From an uncultured Actinomycetota bacterium (lineage in GTDB: Bacteria > Actinomycetota > Actinomycetes > JAHEKZ01), in NCBI GenBank assembly GCA_963829525.1, contig CAWHIJ010000003.1, forward strand, positions 1,952,001-2,016,000: 64,000 nucleotides of DNA. The letters run 5' to 3'. The position numbers and the translations under genes are program-made. Below the pieces are notes generated by a model. That model saw nothing but the letters and a program-made list of their open reading frames with translations. It was not told the origin of the DNA and did no database searches. Positions 21,589-31,472 of this stretch are shown here, in pieces. How positions within the stretch are numbered: position 1 is the first letter of the stretch; each line of letters begins with the position of its first letter.

Positions 21589-22599
21589 TCAGTGACAGGT
21601 GCCTGTGGAGTGGTCGGTTACCACGCTGCCGCGCAGGGTGTCAACGAAGTCGGCTGTCCAGCCGTTGGGTTCTAAGGTCATTCGCAGATAACCAAACGTC
21701 TTGGCTTTCGCCACGGGCTGCGGTACGGCGTCCAACTTGATCGCGTTCAGCGACACTCCACCGGTTCCCACAAGGTATTCCGTCGGGCCTTGCGCGTCCG
21801 GTTGGTCGGTCGTGGGGTTCAATGCGGCGAACCGCTGGTAGTTGTGGGCGTGACCGTTGAAGACCACATCGGCCCTATAGCTGTACAACAACTTCCACCA
21901 GGGCCGGAAGGTCGCAGTGGGAGTAAGCCTTGTTGCCGTGTAGAGAGGCTTGTGCCAATACGCTGCGATACACGGCTTCGGCTCGGTACTTGTTGCATTC
22001 GCTTCGAGGACGTTCTTGAGCCACACCGTCTGCGGACTGGTGGCGCCGCACCCGCCCACTCCAGGCTTGGAGCACTCCGAGTTGAGACTGATGAACAGCC
22101 ACGAGCCCAGGGCATAGGAGTACTTGCCGGTGGTACTGGGGGAAGCACTCAGTCCGAAGTAGTTGAAGTACGTGGTCGCCGCAGAGCGGTTGCTGCTAGG
22201 GCATCCCGGCCCAGTGAAGTATTCGTGATTTCCCACGGCCGGTGACACAACCGAATCGAACTGACCCCACGACGGGGTGTAGCTGGCCGCGTAGTCTTCG
22301 GGAGCTCCACAGTCGTACTGGTAGTCACCAAGTCCCACGAGCCTGTCGACTGACTGGATGGCCGTGTCAGTCGCGGCTGCGTTGGCCACCTTTAGCTGGT
22401 TGCAGTGCGTGGAGTCACCTAAGCCGTTCTTGAAGTACGAACTGGCCGGGTCACATGCCATGTCGCCAACGGCGATGATCTCCGGGTCGCCCGCCGTCGT
22501 CTCCCCGGCTGCGTTGGTCGTCGCTACGCCGGTCGTGGCGAGTAACGCGGCGGCGGTGGCGCAAACCGTCGCTGCTGCGATTCCAATGGTTTGCTTCAT
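21589..22599 (-). CDS. Secreted calcineurin-like metallophosphoesterase
   Basis: Signal peptide; AVGD, LGDYQY, GNHEY, WHKP, GHAHNYQR, VGTGG. Confidence 0.88.
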   Translation of the reverse strand: MKQTIGIAAATVCATAAALLATTGVATTNAAGETTAGDPEIIAVGDMACDPASSYFKNGLGDSTHCNQLKVANAAATDTAIQSVDRLVGLGDYQYDCGAPEDYAASYTPSWGQFDSVVSPAVGNHEYFTGPGCPSSNRSAATTYFNYFGLSASPSTTGKYSYALGSWLFISLNSECSKPGVGGCGATSPQTVWLKNVLEANATSTEPKPCIAAYWHKPLYTATRLTPTATFRPWWKLLYSYRADVVFNGHAHNYQRFAALNPTTDQPDAQGPTEYLVGTGGVSLNAIKLDAVPQPVAKAKTFGYLRMTLEPNGWTADFVDTLRGSVVTDHSTGTCH

Positions 22600-23052
22600 G
22601 GCGTTTCAAACATTGGTGGCGTCCTCTGGTGGGGCGAGCCGAGGCGGAACGGGCCCCCGGCGGCACCGTTGCAGACGCTAACACCGCGCCGCGTTGGTGC
22701 CTACCCCCCTCGCTACCCTCTTCGTGCACTTCTGAATCCCACCACTTGAAGGAAAGGGTTGAGCACCAAGGGGCGGCCAGAGGCCTCAAACGCAGGCGGT
22801 ACGACAAGTATTCTTCGCGAACCGGACGAATGTGATGCTCGAGGTGGACCTCTGGGCGTGGAAGACCCCGCGCTTCATACGGCAGACGATTTCGTACTTC
22901 CTCAGACGCAGGCTTCACCCTGAGTTAACCTGAAGTATGCTCTTGAGTTGCCACGCCAGCACCGACCCTGGTCTCGATGGGACAGCGATCCGCCGTCTCT
23001 CGGTCAGCCTTGTTCACACCCTCCCCACGACGCCCTTGGCTCAGGTTCTCGG

Positions 23053-24360
23053 GTGAGCGAACGGGCGCCGGAGGGCGAACAGGAGTTCCGGTCGGTTGCA
23101 GCCGACGTGGCCACGGCTATCGACCGTGCGGTCGGCGGGCCGGTGCTCGTCATCGGCTCTCTGCCACCGGAGGGTCGTGATCTCGACCTGCTCGCGAAGC
23201 CGAACGACCACGCGAAGATTATTGACTGGCTGCACGACGCCAACTTCGTCCGGTGGCGGGACATCTGGGCCAGGTTCGACCCGTCCGGCCTGTACGGCGT
23301 CGAGTTGTCTTCGGCCGATCGCTGGAGGACGAGGCGGACCGACGCCTCCTCGCTCTTCATCGATGCGGAGCCCCTTCCCGGGTTCGACAATCTCTGCAAT
23401 CCGAGTCCCGCAACCGTTTTGCTGCTCGCAGCTCGGGGCGGCGTCACGCGTCGCGGGCGCATCACCGCGAAGGTCCGCCGCCGGATTTCGCAAGCTTTGG
23501 AGCGCGATCCTCGAGCCTGGGATGTCGCCAGCGAGCGGGCGGGGGACCTCGGCCTGCTGGGTGCCCTGCACCTGCTCCGAGAGTCGTATCAGGCCAGCGG
23601 ACAGCTGCCCCTGAGGGCGCGGACTGCCGGACTGGCGGGCGTCTTGGTCAAGGACGGCCCGCTGGCCGCCAAAGCGCGAATCCTCGTTGGCGCCCGTCCA
23701 CGCAGGCCGCGGCCACCGATCATCTCTTTCTCCGGCCTCGATGGCTCGGGAAAGAGCACTCAGGTGGACGAGCTGCAGAACCGCTTACACCAGCTCGGCG
23801 TCGACGCGGCGGTTCAGTGGGGAGGCAGTTTCAAGTCCGGCCAGCGGTGGTGGCCTTCGATCCCGCTTCTCAACCGCCCCTTTGGTGCCGCACGACGCAC
23901 GCCTCGCCCGCCTGACCCGTTCGTGCCTTCAGCTCTCCGGGACAGCCGCGTTGGCCAGCACGCGTGGGTGTTCGTCGTGGCGGGTCTCAACACGATCCAC
24001 CTCTGGCGCCTCATCCTGCGGCACCGGGGCAGCGATGTGCTCATCTTCGACCGTTTCAGCCCCGACTCCATGGTCAAGATGGACATGCACTTCCACAGGT
24101 TTCGCAATGTCGACATCCCGTGGCAGCGAGCGCTGTTTACGTTCATCAGCCCCAAACCGGATGTGGGGTTCCTGGTCGACGTGTCAAGCGAGATCGCCTA
24201 CAGCCGCCGTCAGGAGCAGACCCAAGAGCAACTCGCGATCATGAGCGAGCTCTACCAGGAACAGGTGGGCCGTTTTCGTCTGCACCGCCTCGACGGCACT
24301 GAACCTGCAGACGCGCTGAGCGAGCTCATAGCCGTCACAGCTTGGCGAGGCCTGCGATGA
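23053..24360 (+). CDS. Fusion: nucleotidyltransferase-like N-terminus + thymidylate-kinase-like P-loop domain
   Basis: VIGSLPPEGRDLDLL (GS..DxD); FSGLDGSGKSTQ, IFDRF, PKPDVGFLVDV..EIAYSR. Confidence 0.7.
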   Translation: MSERAPEGEQEFRSVAADVATAIDRAVGGPVLVIGSLPPEGRDLDLLAKPNDHAKIIDWLHDANFVRWRDIWARFDPSGLYGVELSSADRWRTRRTDASSLFIDAEPLPGFDNLCNPSPATVLLLAARGGVTRRGRITAKVRRRISQALERDPRAWDVASERAGDLGLLGALHLLRESYQASGQLPLRARTAGLAGVLVKDGPLAAKARILVGARPRRPRPPIISFSGLDGSGKSTQVDELQNRLHQLGVDAAVQWGGSFKSGQRWWPSIPLLNRPFGAARRTPRPPDPFVPSALRDSRVGQHAWVFVVAGLNTIHLWRLILRHRGSDVLIFDRFSPDSMVKMDMHFHRFRNVDIPWQRALFTFISPKPDVGFLVDVSSEIAYSRRQEQTQEQLAIMSELYQEQVGRFRLHRLDGTEPADALSELIAVTAWRGLR

Positions 24361-25442
24361 AACGAGCGCAGTGGCATGCACCTAACCCGGTCGTAGGTTC
24401 GGAAGAAGGTGCCGCTCCGGAGTCGGACTTGGTGCTCAGTGCACTCTCACGAGCACTCGATGCGTCGTCGGATCACAATGTGCACCTGTCGATCGAGCAA
24501 CAAAGGCTTGCCGGGCGGTCGAACATGTATGTCGTCGGCTCGGACACTCCGGTCGGGAGTCTCCGTCAATGGGTGGTCAAGCAGCCGCACGTCGACTGGT
24601 CCCAGGACGACGTGGACAATCCACTGACCGCGCATGGGGAGTTTCTCGCACTCCAGCGTCTGCAAACCCACTTCGAAGGCATGGACCCGTTCCGCGTACC
24701 CACGCCCGTGGCCTACTTGCCCGAGCTCGATGCATTTGCGATGGAGTACGTCGCCGGAGTGACGATCAAAGACCTGCTGAGCTACCGCAGCACGTTGCGG
24801 CCCGCCGCCCTTCTCGATGGGCTTACCGCAGCCGGCGCCTTTCTCCGGCACTTGCATGCCATCGATGAGCTGCCGGCCGTTGAGGTCGACATGCAAGACG
24901 AGGCGCGCCAGGTCCTCGCCGTCGCTGAGGAAAAGCTCCACCCGCTGGGGCTGTCGCTTCCCGACCGCGTCCGCCGCACAATGGTCGAGTTCCCAGCCAT
25001 GACGGTGACTTCCCCACAGGTTCGGTTGCACGGCGACTTCGGCCCAGCCAACATCCTGCTCGCGGAGGACGGGACCACGGTGGGGCTCGACGCGGCTCTG
25101 TCTGCGGTCGGAACTCCGGAGGATGACTTGGTGCGCTTCGTCGCACTGGTCTCCGGAGCAATCCGGTTCGCGCCGGAGATCGTCGCACCGCCTTTCGCGG
25201 GAATCCGCCGACGGCTCGAGGACCGGCTGCTGCACTCCTACTACCAGGCGCCCGCCTGTCCGCCGCTGTTCGAGATCAAGTACCTCCACCAACTGGCCCG
25301 CAGATGGTGCCGACTTCGTGAGCTGGCACAGCAGCACGGCCAGAACGCCCTGCTGCCTACCAGGTTGCAGGTCATCGGGGCTCAGATGCGACGGCTGATG
25401 TCCGAAAGCGAGCGCCGTCTGACCGGACGCTTGGGGGGTTGA
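24357..25442 (+). CDS. APH/choline-kinase-like phosphotransferase
   Basis: WVVKQ, E..AL, VPTP, MEYVAG, HGDFGPANIL, LD; ATGA overlap with upstream gene. Confidence 0.8.
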   Translation: MKRAQWHAPNPVVGSEEGAAPESDLVLSALSRALDASSDHNVHLSIEQQRLAGRSNMYVVGSDTPVGSLRQWVVKQPHVDWSQDDVDNPLTAHGEFLALQRLQTHFEGMDPFRVPTPVAYLPELDAFAMEYVAGVTIKDLLSYRSTLRPAALLDGLTAAGAFLRHLHAIDELPAVEVDMQDEARQVLAVAEEKLHPLGLSLPDRVRRTMVEFPAMTVTSPQVRLHGDFGPANILLAEDGTTVGLDAALSAVGTPEDDLVRFVALVSGAIRFAPEIVAPPFAGIRRRLEDRLLHSYYQAPACPPLFEIKYLHQLARRWCRLRELAQQHGQNALLPTRLQVIGAQMRRLMSESERRLTGRLGG

Positions 25443-26638
25443 CGATGCGCGGCAACGAGGCTCTTGCGACAGTGAAGTTGACGCTCGTGCGCGTCTTGCT
25501 GAGAGTGACACCTGCCCTTCGGCACGCCGTCGTCACCGGATTCCCCGACGATGAAGGGAACAGCGTCGAGGTGGTCCGCGCACTGGCCCGCCGAATCCCG
25601 GTCTACTGGCTGACCAACGACAGCCCGGACTCGGTGGCTTGGCTGATAGCCGACGCGGATTTGCGTTTCCCGGTGCGGTGTCTGCGCAAGGACTCGGCCG
25701 CGGCCTATCTCAGATACATCACCGCCCAATACGTCTTCTTCACACATGGACTCTACGGGTCGCCCAAGCCACCCCACCACAAGACATTCGTGAACCTCTG
25801 GCACGGAGACGGCCCGAAGAGAAGCAAACGATTCGCCAATGTTCGATCCACTTTCGTGGTCGCCGGAACCCAGCTGTGGGGTGACCAGAGACCCGTCTAC
25901 TTCGGCGTCTCAGAAGAGGGTGTGCTCGTCACGGGCAACCCACGGGTGGACCAGTTCGCGCGGCCCGCGAGCGACGAGACGATGCGAGAGCTCGGGCTGG
26001 ACCCACACAAGCGTCTCGTCCTCTGGATGCCGACTTACCGCCAAACGGAGTACCGAGGGCGCCGCCTGGCGACCGTACAAAACTGGGCCGATGCGCAGGA
26101 GCTGTCGCAGTCGGACGCAGAGCGCCAGCTCTTCGAGCAGGTCGGCCAGGTCGCCCGTCGGCTGGGGGTCACTTTGGCAGTCAAGCCACACCCGCTCGAT
26201 GCCGATCGCTACGCGGCGATGGGCCTGCCTGTCATCGACCGGAAAGACCTGGACCGAGTGCAGACGACCGTCTACCAGCTGTTGGGCCGCAGTGACGGAC
26301 TCATCACCGACTACAGCAGTGTGTGGACCGACTACCTGGCCCTGGACCGACCGATGGGTTTCCACTGTCCTGACATCGAGGAGTACGAGACGACGCGCGG
26401 GCTCAACGTGGAGGGCTATCGTGATCTGATCCCAGGCCCGATTCTTGAGACCATCAGCGACTTCGAATGCTTCCTCCAGGACTGCCTTCGCGAATCGTCG
26501 GAGTCCAGCGACCGGCGTGCCAAGAGCATGGAGTCTGTCGGCGCCGAGACCAGACACGGTGCCAGCGACCGCCTGCTCGAGGCACTTCAAATTGCTCTGC
26601 CACCGGCGCCGGGACCGGGCTCACCGGCCCGTTCCTGA
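25439..26638 (+). CDS. CDP-glycerol/ribitol polyol-phosphotransferase (TagF/TarL family)
   Basis: NLWHG..PKR, TGNPRVD, LWMPTYR, KPHP, LITDYSSVWTDYL. Confidence 0.9.
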   Translation: MTMRGNEALATVKLTLVRVLLRVTPALRHAVVTGFPDDEGNSVEVVRALARRIPVYWLTNDSPDSVAWLIADADLRFPVRCLRKDSAAAYLRYITAQYVFFTHGLYGSPKPPHHKTFVNLWHGDGPKRSKRFANVRSTFVVAGTQLWGDQRPVYFGVSEEGVLVTGNPRVDQFARPASDETMRELGLDPHKRLVLWMPTYRQTEYRGRRLATVQNWADAQELSQSDAERQLFEQVGQVARRLGVTLAVKPHPLDADRYAAMGLPVIDRKDLDRVQTTVYQLLGRSDGLITDYSSVWTDYLALDRPMGFHCPDIEEYETTRGLNVEGYRDLIPGPILETISDFECFLQDCLRESSESSDRRAKSMESVGAETRHGASDRLLEALQIALPPAPGPGSPARS

Positions 26639-26721
26639 GCCGACCCCTAGGTTCCTTTGACTAGGCACCGCGAGGTTCGACAACATCCCCGGCCAGCCGG
26701 GGCTGTGGAAGGTTGTGAATC

Positions 26722-28158
26722 ATGTCGGCAGGAGTAGATGGCGCTCCCCCACGAAGGAACGTTGCTGTGCTGCTCGCTGGCGGGGTCGGCGTCCGAATCG
26801 GATTGGGCATTCCCAAGCAGCTGCTCAAGATTGCCGGACGCCCAATTCTCGAGCACGCACTCGCCGCTCTGAACAATCACCACATGATTGACGAGGTTCT
26901 CATCATGATGGCGCCCGGGTATCTCGATCCCGTGCGCGCCATCGTGCGCGACGGCAGATACGGCAAGGTCGTCGACCTACTCGAGGGTGCCGACACCCGG
27001 AACGGAACGACGCTGCGAGCATTGGAATGGTTAGGCGACAACGAGTGCAACGTGCTGTTCCACGACGCGGTCAGGCCGCTTGTGACACCACGCATCATCG
27101 GCGAGTGCTTCGAAGCCCTCGAGCAGTACGACGCCGTTGACGTCGCCATCCCGTCGGCGGACACGATCGTTGAGGTCACGGCGCAGGGCACGATCAGAAA
27201 CATCCCGCCGCGGGCCATGCTGCGTCGGGGCCAGACGCCTCAAGCGTTTCGAGCCTCGGTCATCAAGCGGGCCTATGACCTCGCACAGTGTGACCCCGAG
27301 TTCGTCGCCACGGACGATTGCACAGTCGTGCTTCGCTATCTTCCCGACGTTGAGATCACCGTGGTACAAGGCGACGAGCGGAACATGAAGGTCACCGAAC
27401 CGATCGACGTGTACCTCGCCGACAAGCTGTTCCAGCTGACGAGTAACGACCAACCTGCACCGCGGACCGACGATGACCTTCGGGCTGCACTCTCCGGCAA
27501 GGTGATGGTGGTCTTCGGTGGCAGCTACGGGATCGGTGCGGACATCGCCGAGTTAGCGGGAGGGTTCGGCGCGACGGTACATGGGTTCGGACGGTCCAGC
27601 ACCAACACCTTCGTCGAGCGCCGGGCAGACATTGCCGCAGCCGCGCGTCAGGTGATGGCCGAGTCCGGCCGGGTCGACTTCGTGGTCAACACCGCCGCGA
27701 TGCTTCCACGGGGGAACCTGTTGGAGACATCGGAGGAGACGATCTACAGCGCCACCGAGATCAACTACCTGGCGCCGGTATTCATCGCCCAGGAGTTCTT
27801 CACTCCCCTGCAGCGGACACAGGGTTCGATGTTGTTCTTCACGTCGAGCTCCTATACGCGCGGCCGTGGCGGCTACAGCCTCTACTCATCGAGCAAGGCG
27901 GCCGTCGTGAACCTCGTGCAGGCATTGGCCGACGAATGGGCTGCTGACGGGGTACGGGTCAACTGCATCAACCCGGAGCGAACCGCTACGCCGATGCGCG
28001 TCAAGGCCTTCGGCGAGGAGCCCAGCGACACTCTGCTGACGTCTGCAGCGGTGGCCCGCTCGTCACTGGATGTGCTGCTCGCACCAGACACCGGCCAGAT
28101 CGTCGACATCCGCAAGGACGATCCCTTCGCACGAGTGCTGGACATCGCCCAAACCTGA
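26722..28158 (+). CDS. Bifunctional IspD/TarI-like cytidylyltransferase + SDR reductase (Bcs1-like CDP-ribitol synthase)
   Basis: [33 protein letters not shown]; [23 protein letters not shown]. Confidence 0.88.
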   Translation: MSAGVDGAPPRRNVAVLLAGGVGVRIGLGIPKQLLKIAGRPILEHALAALNNHHMIDEVLIMMAPGYLDPVRAIVRDGRYGKVVDLLEGADTRNGTTLRALEWLGDNECNVLFHDAVRPLVTPRIIGECFEALEQYDAVDVAIPSADTIVEVTAQGTIRNIPPRAMLRRGQTPQAFRASVIKRAYDLAQCDPEFVATDDCTVVLRYLPDVEITVVQGDERNMKVTEPIDVYLADKLFQLTSNDQPAPRTDDDLRAALSGKVMVVFGGSYGIGADIAELAGGFGATVHGFGRSSTNTFVERRADIAAAARQVMAESGRVDFVVNTAAMLPRGNLLETSEETIYSATEINYLAPVFIAQEFFTPLQRTQGSMLFFTSSSYTRGRGGYSLYSSSKAAVVNLVQALADEWAADGVRVNCINPERTATPMRVKAFGEEPSDTLLTSAAVARSSLDVLLAPDTGQIVDIRKDDPFARVLDIAQT

Positions 28159-28204
28159 TATCGCCAGGACCAATGCGACACAGGTGAGCACCCGAGGAGA
28201 CCCC

Positions 28205-28672
28205 ATGGAGACCAAACCACCACTACCACCGTTCAGCGCCGAGGCCGCCGCGCAGAAGGTGCGCATGGCCGAGGACGCGTGGAACTCCCGAGACCCCGAC
28301 CGCGTGGTGCAGGTGTACACCGACGACACCGCCTGGCGTAACCGGGCCGAGTTCCCCACGGGACGAGAAGAGGTGCACGCCTTCCTCACCCGCAAGTGGG
28401 CGCGCGAGCTCGAGTACCGGTTGATCAAGGAGCTGTGGGCCTTCGATGGTGCGCGCATCGCCGTCCGGTTCGCCTACGAGTGGCATGACGAATCGGATCA
28501 GTGGTTCCGCAGTTACGGCAACGAGAACTGGGAGTTCACCGAGCAGGGGCTGATGGCACGGCGATTCGCCAGCATCAACGACCTGTCAATCACTGAGTCA
28601 GATCGAATGTTCCGCTGGCCTCTCGGACGCCGACCTGACGACCACCCGAGCCTTAGCGCCCTCGGGCTCTGA
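28205..28672 (+). CDS. DUF1348 / NTF2-like protein
   Basis: [45 protein letters not shown]. Confidence 0.9.
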   Translation: METKPPLPPFSAEAAAQKVRMAEDAWNSRDPDRVVQVYTDDTAWRNRAEFPTGREEVHAFLTRKWARELEYRLIKELWAFDGARIAVRFAYEWHDESDQWFRSYGNENWEFTEQGLMARRFASINDLSITESDRMFRWPLGRRPDDHPSLSALGL

Positions 28673-28681
28673 TCGGTCGTC

Positions 28682-29260
28682 ATGTCTCGCCTGGACGACG
28701 CCGAACTGGTCCAGCCCGCTGACCGTTCGGAGTGGCGCCGATGGCTCGAGGCCAACCACGGCTCATCTCCTGGGGTCTGGGTCGTGAACTACACCAAGGC
28801 AAGCGGCAAACAGCAGTTCTCCTACGAGGACATCATCGAGGAGTTGCTCTGCTACGGGTGGGTGGACAGCACCGCGAGAAAGCTCGACCACGAGCGAGCC
28901 ATGCTCTACGTCGCGCCCCGAAAGAAGGACAGCACGTGGGCGGCCACCAACAAGGCAAGGGTCGAGCGGCTCGTGGCCAACGGGTTGATGACTCAGGCCG
29001 GCAGGGTGGTGATCGATCGGGCCAAAGCAAACGGGTCGTGGAGCATCCTCGACCCGGTAGAGGCGCTGGCGGTCCCTGCCGATCTCCAGCATGCGTTCGA
29101 CACAAACCCAGATGTCGCTGACCGTTACGAAGCCCTCGGTGCGGGTGGCAAGAAGCAGGTGCTCTGGTCAGTGGTCAGCGCCAAACGCGCCGAGACCCGG
29201 GCAGCGCGCATCTCTGCCATCGTGGCCCGTGGGCAATCCGGGGAGTCACTGCTGCCCTAG
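28682..29260 (+). CDS. YdeI/OmpD-associated family protein
   Basis: WRRWLEANH, LCYGWVDS, PRKKDSTW..TNK, AKRAETRAARI. Confidence 0.88.
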   Translation: MSRLDDAELVQPADRSEWRRWLEANHGSSPGVWVVNYTKASGKQQFSYEDIIEELLCYGWVDSTARKLDHERAMLYVAPRKKDSTWAATNKARVERLVANGLMTQAGRVVIDRAKANGSWSILDPVEALAVPADLQHAFDTNPDVADRYEALGAGGKKQVLWSVVSAKRAETRAARISAIVARGQSGESLLP

Positions 29261-29323
29261 TCACTTCCTCACTACTGGCCTAGTCACTTCCACGGGCGGC
29301 ACGACCGGACCCGCCCCACCGCT

Positions 29324-30667
29324 CTACGACTTCGCCCGAGCCGCCATGAAAGCGGCGTAGTCACGGTCGTTCTGGTCGGCGTACGCCTCTGCGTACTCCG
29401 CCAGGGCACGGTCAGCCTTGTCGCTGGAACCGAGGTAGGTGGAGATCATCGTCGCTCCCCCAGCCCGCGCGTGAGCCCGGGCCAGACCGAGTCCGCAAAT
29501 CTCCGCGTAGGGACGGACATTCGTTGCGGGCATCCGGTCCGGGTCGGCTCCACCCTTCATGTCGTGCAGTTGGCGCACGTAGAAGTGGCGAGACTGGTCG
29601 TAGCCGTTGACCCAGCCCAAGAAGATGTCGCTGGCCGCCTGTGTCAGGCGCTGGCCCTCAACAACTCGCCGTCCCTGGTGACGGTAAACGCTCTTGCGAA
29701 GGTAGGGCTCGAGCACTGACGGGCCGGCCTCCTTCGCCTGCAACACCAGAAGGTCCTCGGGATCGATACCTTCAAGCAGAATCACCCAGCAGCGCGTCCC
29801 GACACTACCGACACCGACCACTTTCCGAGCAACATCGATCACTCGGTACCTGCTCAGCAGCTCAGCCCGGTCCGCTGACAGGGTGGCGCGGTACCTGCCG
29901 ACGATGTCGACCAGAGCAGCAACCTCGGCAGAGGAGCGCTCGACTGGAGTCAGGAGGGGTGGCTCGGAGCGGAACCGCCGCTGACCATCGACCATCTCGG
30001 TCAGCTTGGCAGCGGCTCGCGCATGCGTCTTACTTCTCGCTTTGGCGATCCCCGCCTCAAGTGACTTCCGTCCACGCTTCCCGGCGAACGAAGTTGCAAG
30101 GTTCTCCAGCATTGCCTGGTCCATCCGGTCGTACCAGATGGAGAGCTGATTCATCTCGGCCAACTCAGAGATACGTCGCCGATAGCTCGCTGCCACCGTA
30201 CGCACCGCCTCCGACGTGGCAGCTGGCGAGAATCCACGGGTGCGTCCCATCACCGCAAATGAGGTCACAAGTCGTTTGAGATCCCACTCGAATGGTCCCG
30301 GGAGTGTCTCGTCAAAGTCGTTGACATCGAACACAAGGTTGCGCTCTGGCGAAGCGTAGACACCAAAGTTGGACAAGTGCATGTCACCGCAGAGCTGGAC
30401 GTTCAGTCCCGATTTCTGACCTTGACCGAGATCGTAGGCATGCATTGCAGCGAACCCGCGGTAGAACGTGAACGGCGAAACACCCATCCGCTCGTACTTC
30501 AACGGCAACAGGTCGACGTCGCGCCCCTCATCGGACGCATACATCAGGACAACTGGGTCTGGTCGGTCCGCGGCGACAACGTGCTCGGCTAACATTTTCC
30601 GCGACATCGCCTGCCGAGCGGCTCGGCCCCGCTCGATCCATTCCTCAGTGCTTACGAACCCAGTCAT
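29324..30667 (-). CDS. DUF2252 family (kinase-like) protein
   Basis: SPFTFYRG, CGDMHLSNFG, FDVNDFDE, KVVGVGSVGTRC, QAASDIFLGW, LARAHAR. Confidence 0.9.
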   Translation of the reverse strand: MTGFVSTEEWIERGRAARQAMSRKMLAEHVVAADRPDPVVLMYASDEGRDVDLLPLKYERMGVSPFTFYRGFAAMHAYDLGQGQKSGLNVQLCGDMHLSNFGVYASPERNLVFDVNDFDETLPGPFEWDLKRLVTSFAVMGRTRGFSPAATSEAVRTVAASYRRRISELAEMNQLSIWYDRMDQAMLENLATSFAGKRGRKSLEAGIAKARSKTHARAAAKLTEMVDGQRRFRSEPPLLTPVERSSAEVAALVDIVGRYRATLSADRAELLSRYRVIDVARKVVGVGSVGTRCWVILLEGIDPEDLLVLQAKEAGPSVLEPYLRKSVYRHQGRRVVEGQRLTQAASDIFLGWVNGYDQSRHFYVRQLHDMKGGADPDRMPATNVRPYAEICGLGLARAHARAGGATMISTYLGSSDKADRALAEYAEAYADQNDRDYAAFMAARAKS

Positions 30668-31131
30668 CCACCCTCCAAGAGGCGCGCTATGCGACAGACA
30701 TCGATCCTCTTGAGCGACACTGTCGGGTCGCCCACGATATCGACCTGCAGGCTGCCAGGGCATCGCCCTTGCAAGGTGATCAGACCATCAAAAGTCGCCT
30801 CGTAGCCAGAACCCCTCGAAGTCTCACCCGTACAGGTGACCTTCCCGCCCAGACCGAGGCGGGCCCCAGACGCGCTGAGGTCGGCTGAACAGGATGGCGG
30901 TTCGGTGATTGTGTAGCCGGCCTCGGCCAGGGTCTGCTCGACGGCAGTCCCGACCGTGGCCGACGCGGCATCAGCCGACAGATCCCCCACAACGTCCTTC
31001 GCCTGGTCAGCAGCCTGGTCGATCGCTTGGTTTGCCGTGTCCTCCAGCCCGCAGCCGGTCAGCAGCACCACGGCCGCGCATGCAGTCGCTCCGACGCCGA
31101 GTGCCCTCTTAATCCGAAATGTGTTTCGCAT
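30664..31131 (-). CDS. Hypothetical lipoprotein
   Basis: Lipobox LLTGC; four further Cys; stop overlaps DUF2252 start. Confidence 0.7.
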   Translation of the reverse strand: MRNTFRIKRALGVGATACAAVVLLTGCGLEDTANQAIDQAADQAKDVVGDLSADAASATVGTAVEQTLAEAGYTITEPPSCSADLSASGARLGLGGKVTCTGETSRGSGYEATFDGLITLQGRCPGSLQVDIVGDPTVSLKRIDVCRIARLLEGG

Positions 31132-31472
31132 GACTTGACGATAACGCCAGGCACGTGGGCACGCGACACGACCCATCTCGACGTGTGGGACTTGAGCACG
31201 ATCGAAGATCGCGGCCCACTGGACGTCGCGCCATCGCTCAACCCGACGCTGGACGATCTGGTCGCCCGTGTCGGCGCGATCGACCTGAACCAAGCCGTAA
31301 GGGACAGCCATACCACTACCGAGTGACTCGGTAGTAGATCCAGTCCGACGCCGCACCGACATGTGTGTCGTCCTCCGGCGGGCTGTACTTCTACGTCAAC
31401 GGATCCTTCGGTTGGCAACCTATGGTGTCGGCCGGGGAGCCGGCCTTCTGGGCGTGCGCAAGCGCCAGGGTC

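Noticed and set aside
22759-22933. Possible small protein ending VFFANRTNVMLEVDLWAWKTPRFIRQTISYFLRRRLHPELT upstream of the polymer cluster
   Set aside because: Needs an assumed indel in a G-run to join a start codon; no homology recognised
24447-25511. Long antisense ORFs (e.g. 354 aa here, 34093..35148, 32071..32982)
   Set aside because: Shadow ORFs expected opposite real genes in high-GC DNA; no motifs
29256-29291. 13-bp direct repeat CCTAGTCACTTCC between convergent genes
   Set aside because: Only two copies 23 bp apart, no element between them; likely local duplication
31140-31470. Protein-like plus-strand fragments between the lipoprotein gene and zapE
   Set aside because: No start or RBS, broken frames, nothing recognisable
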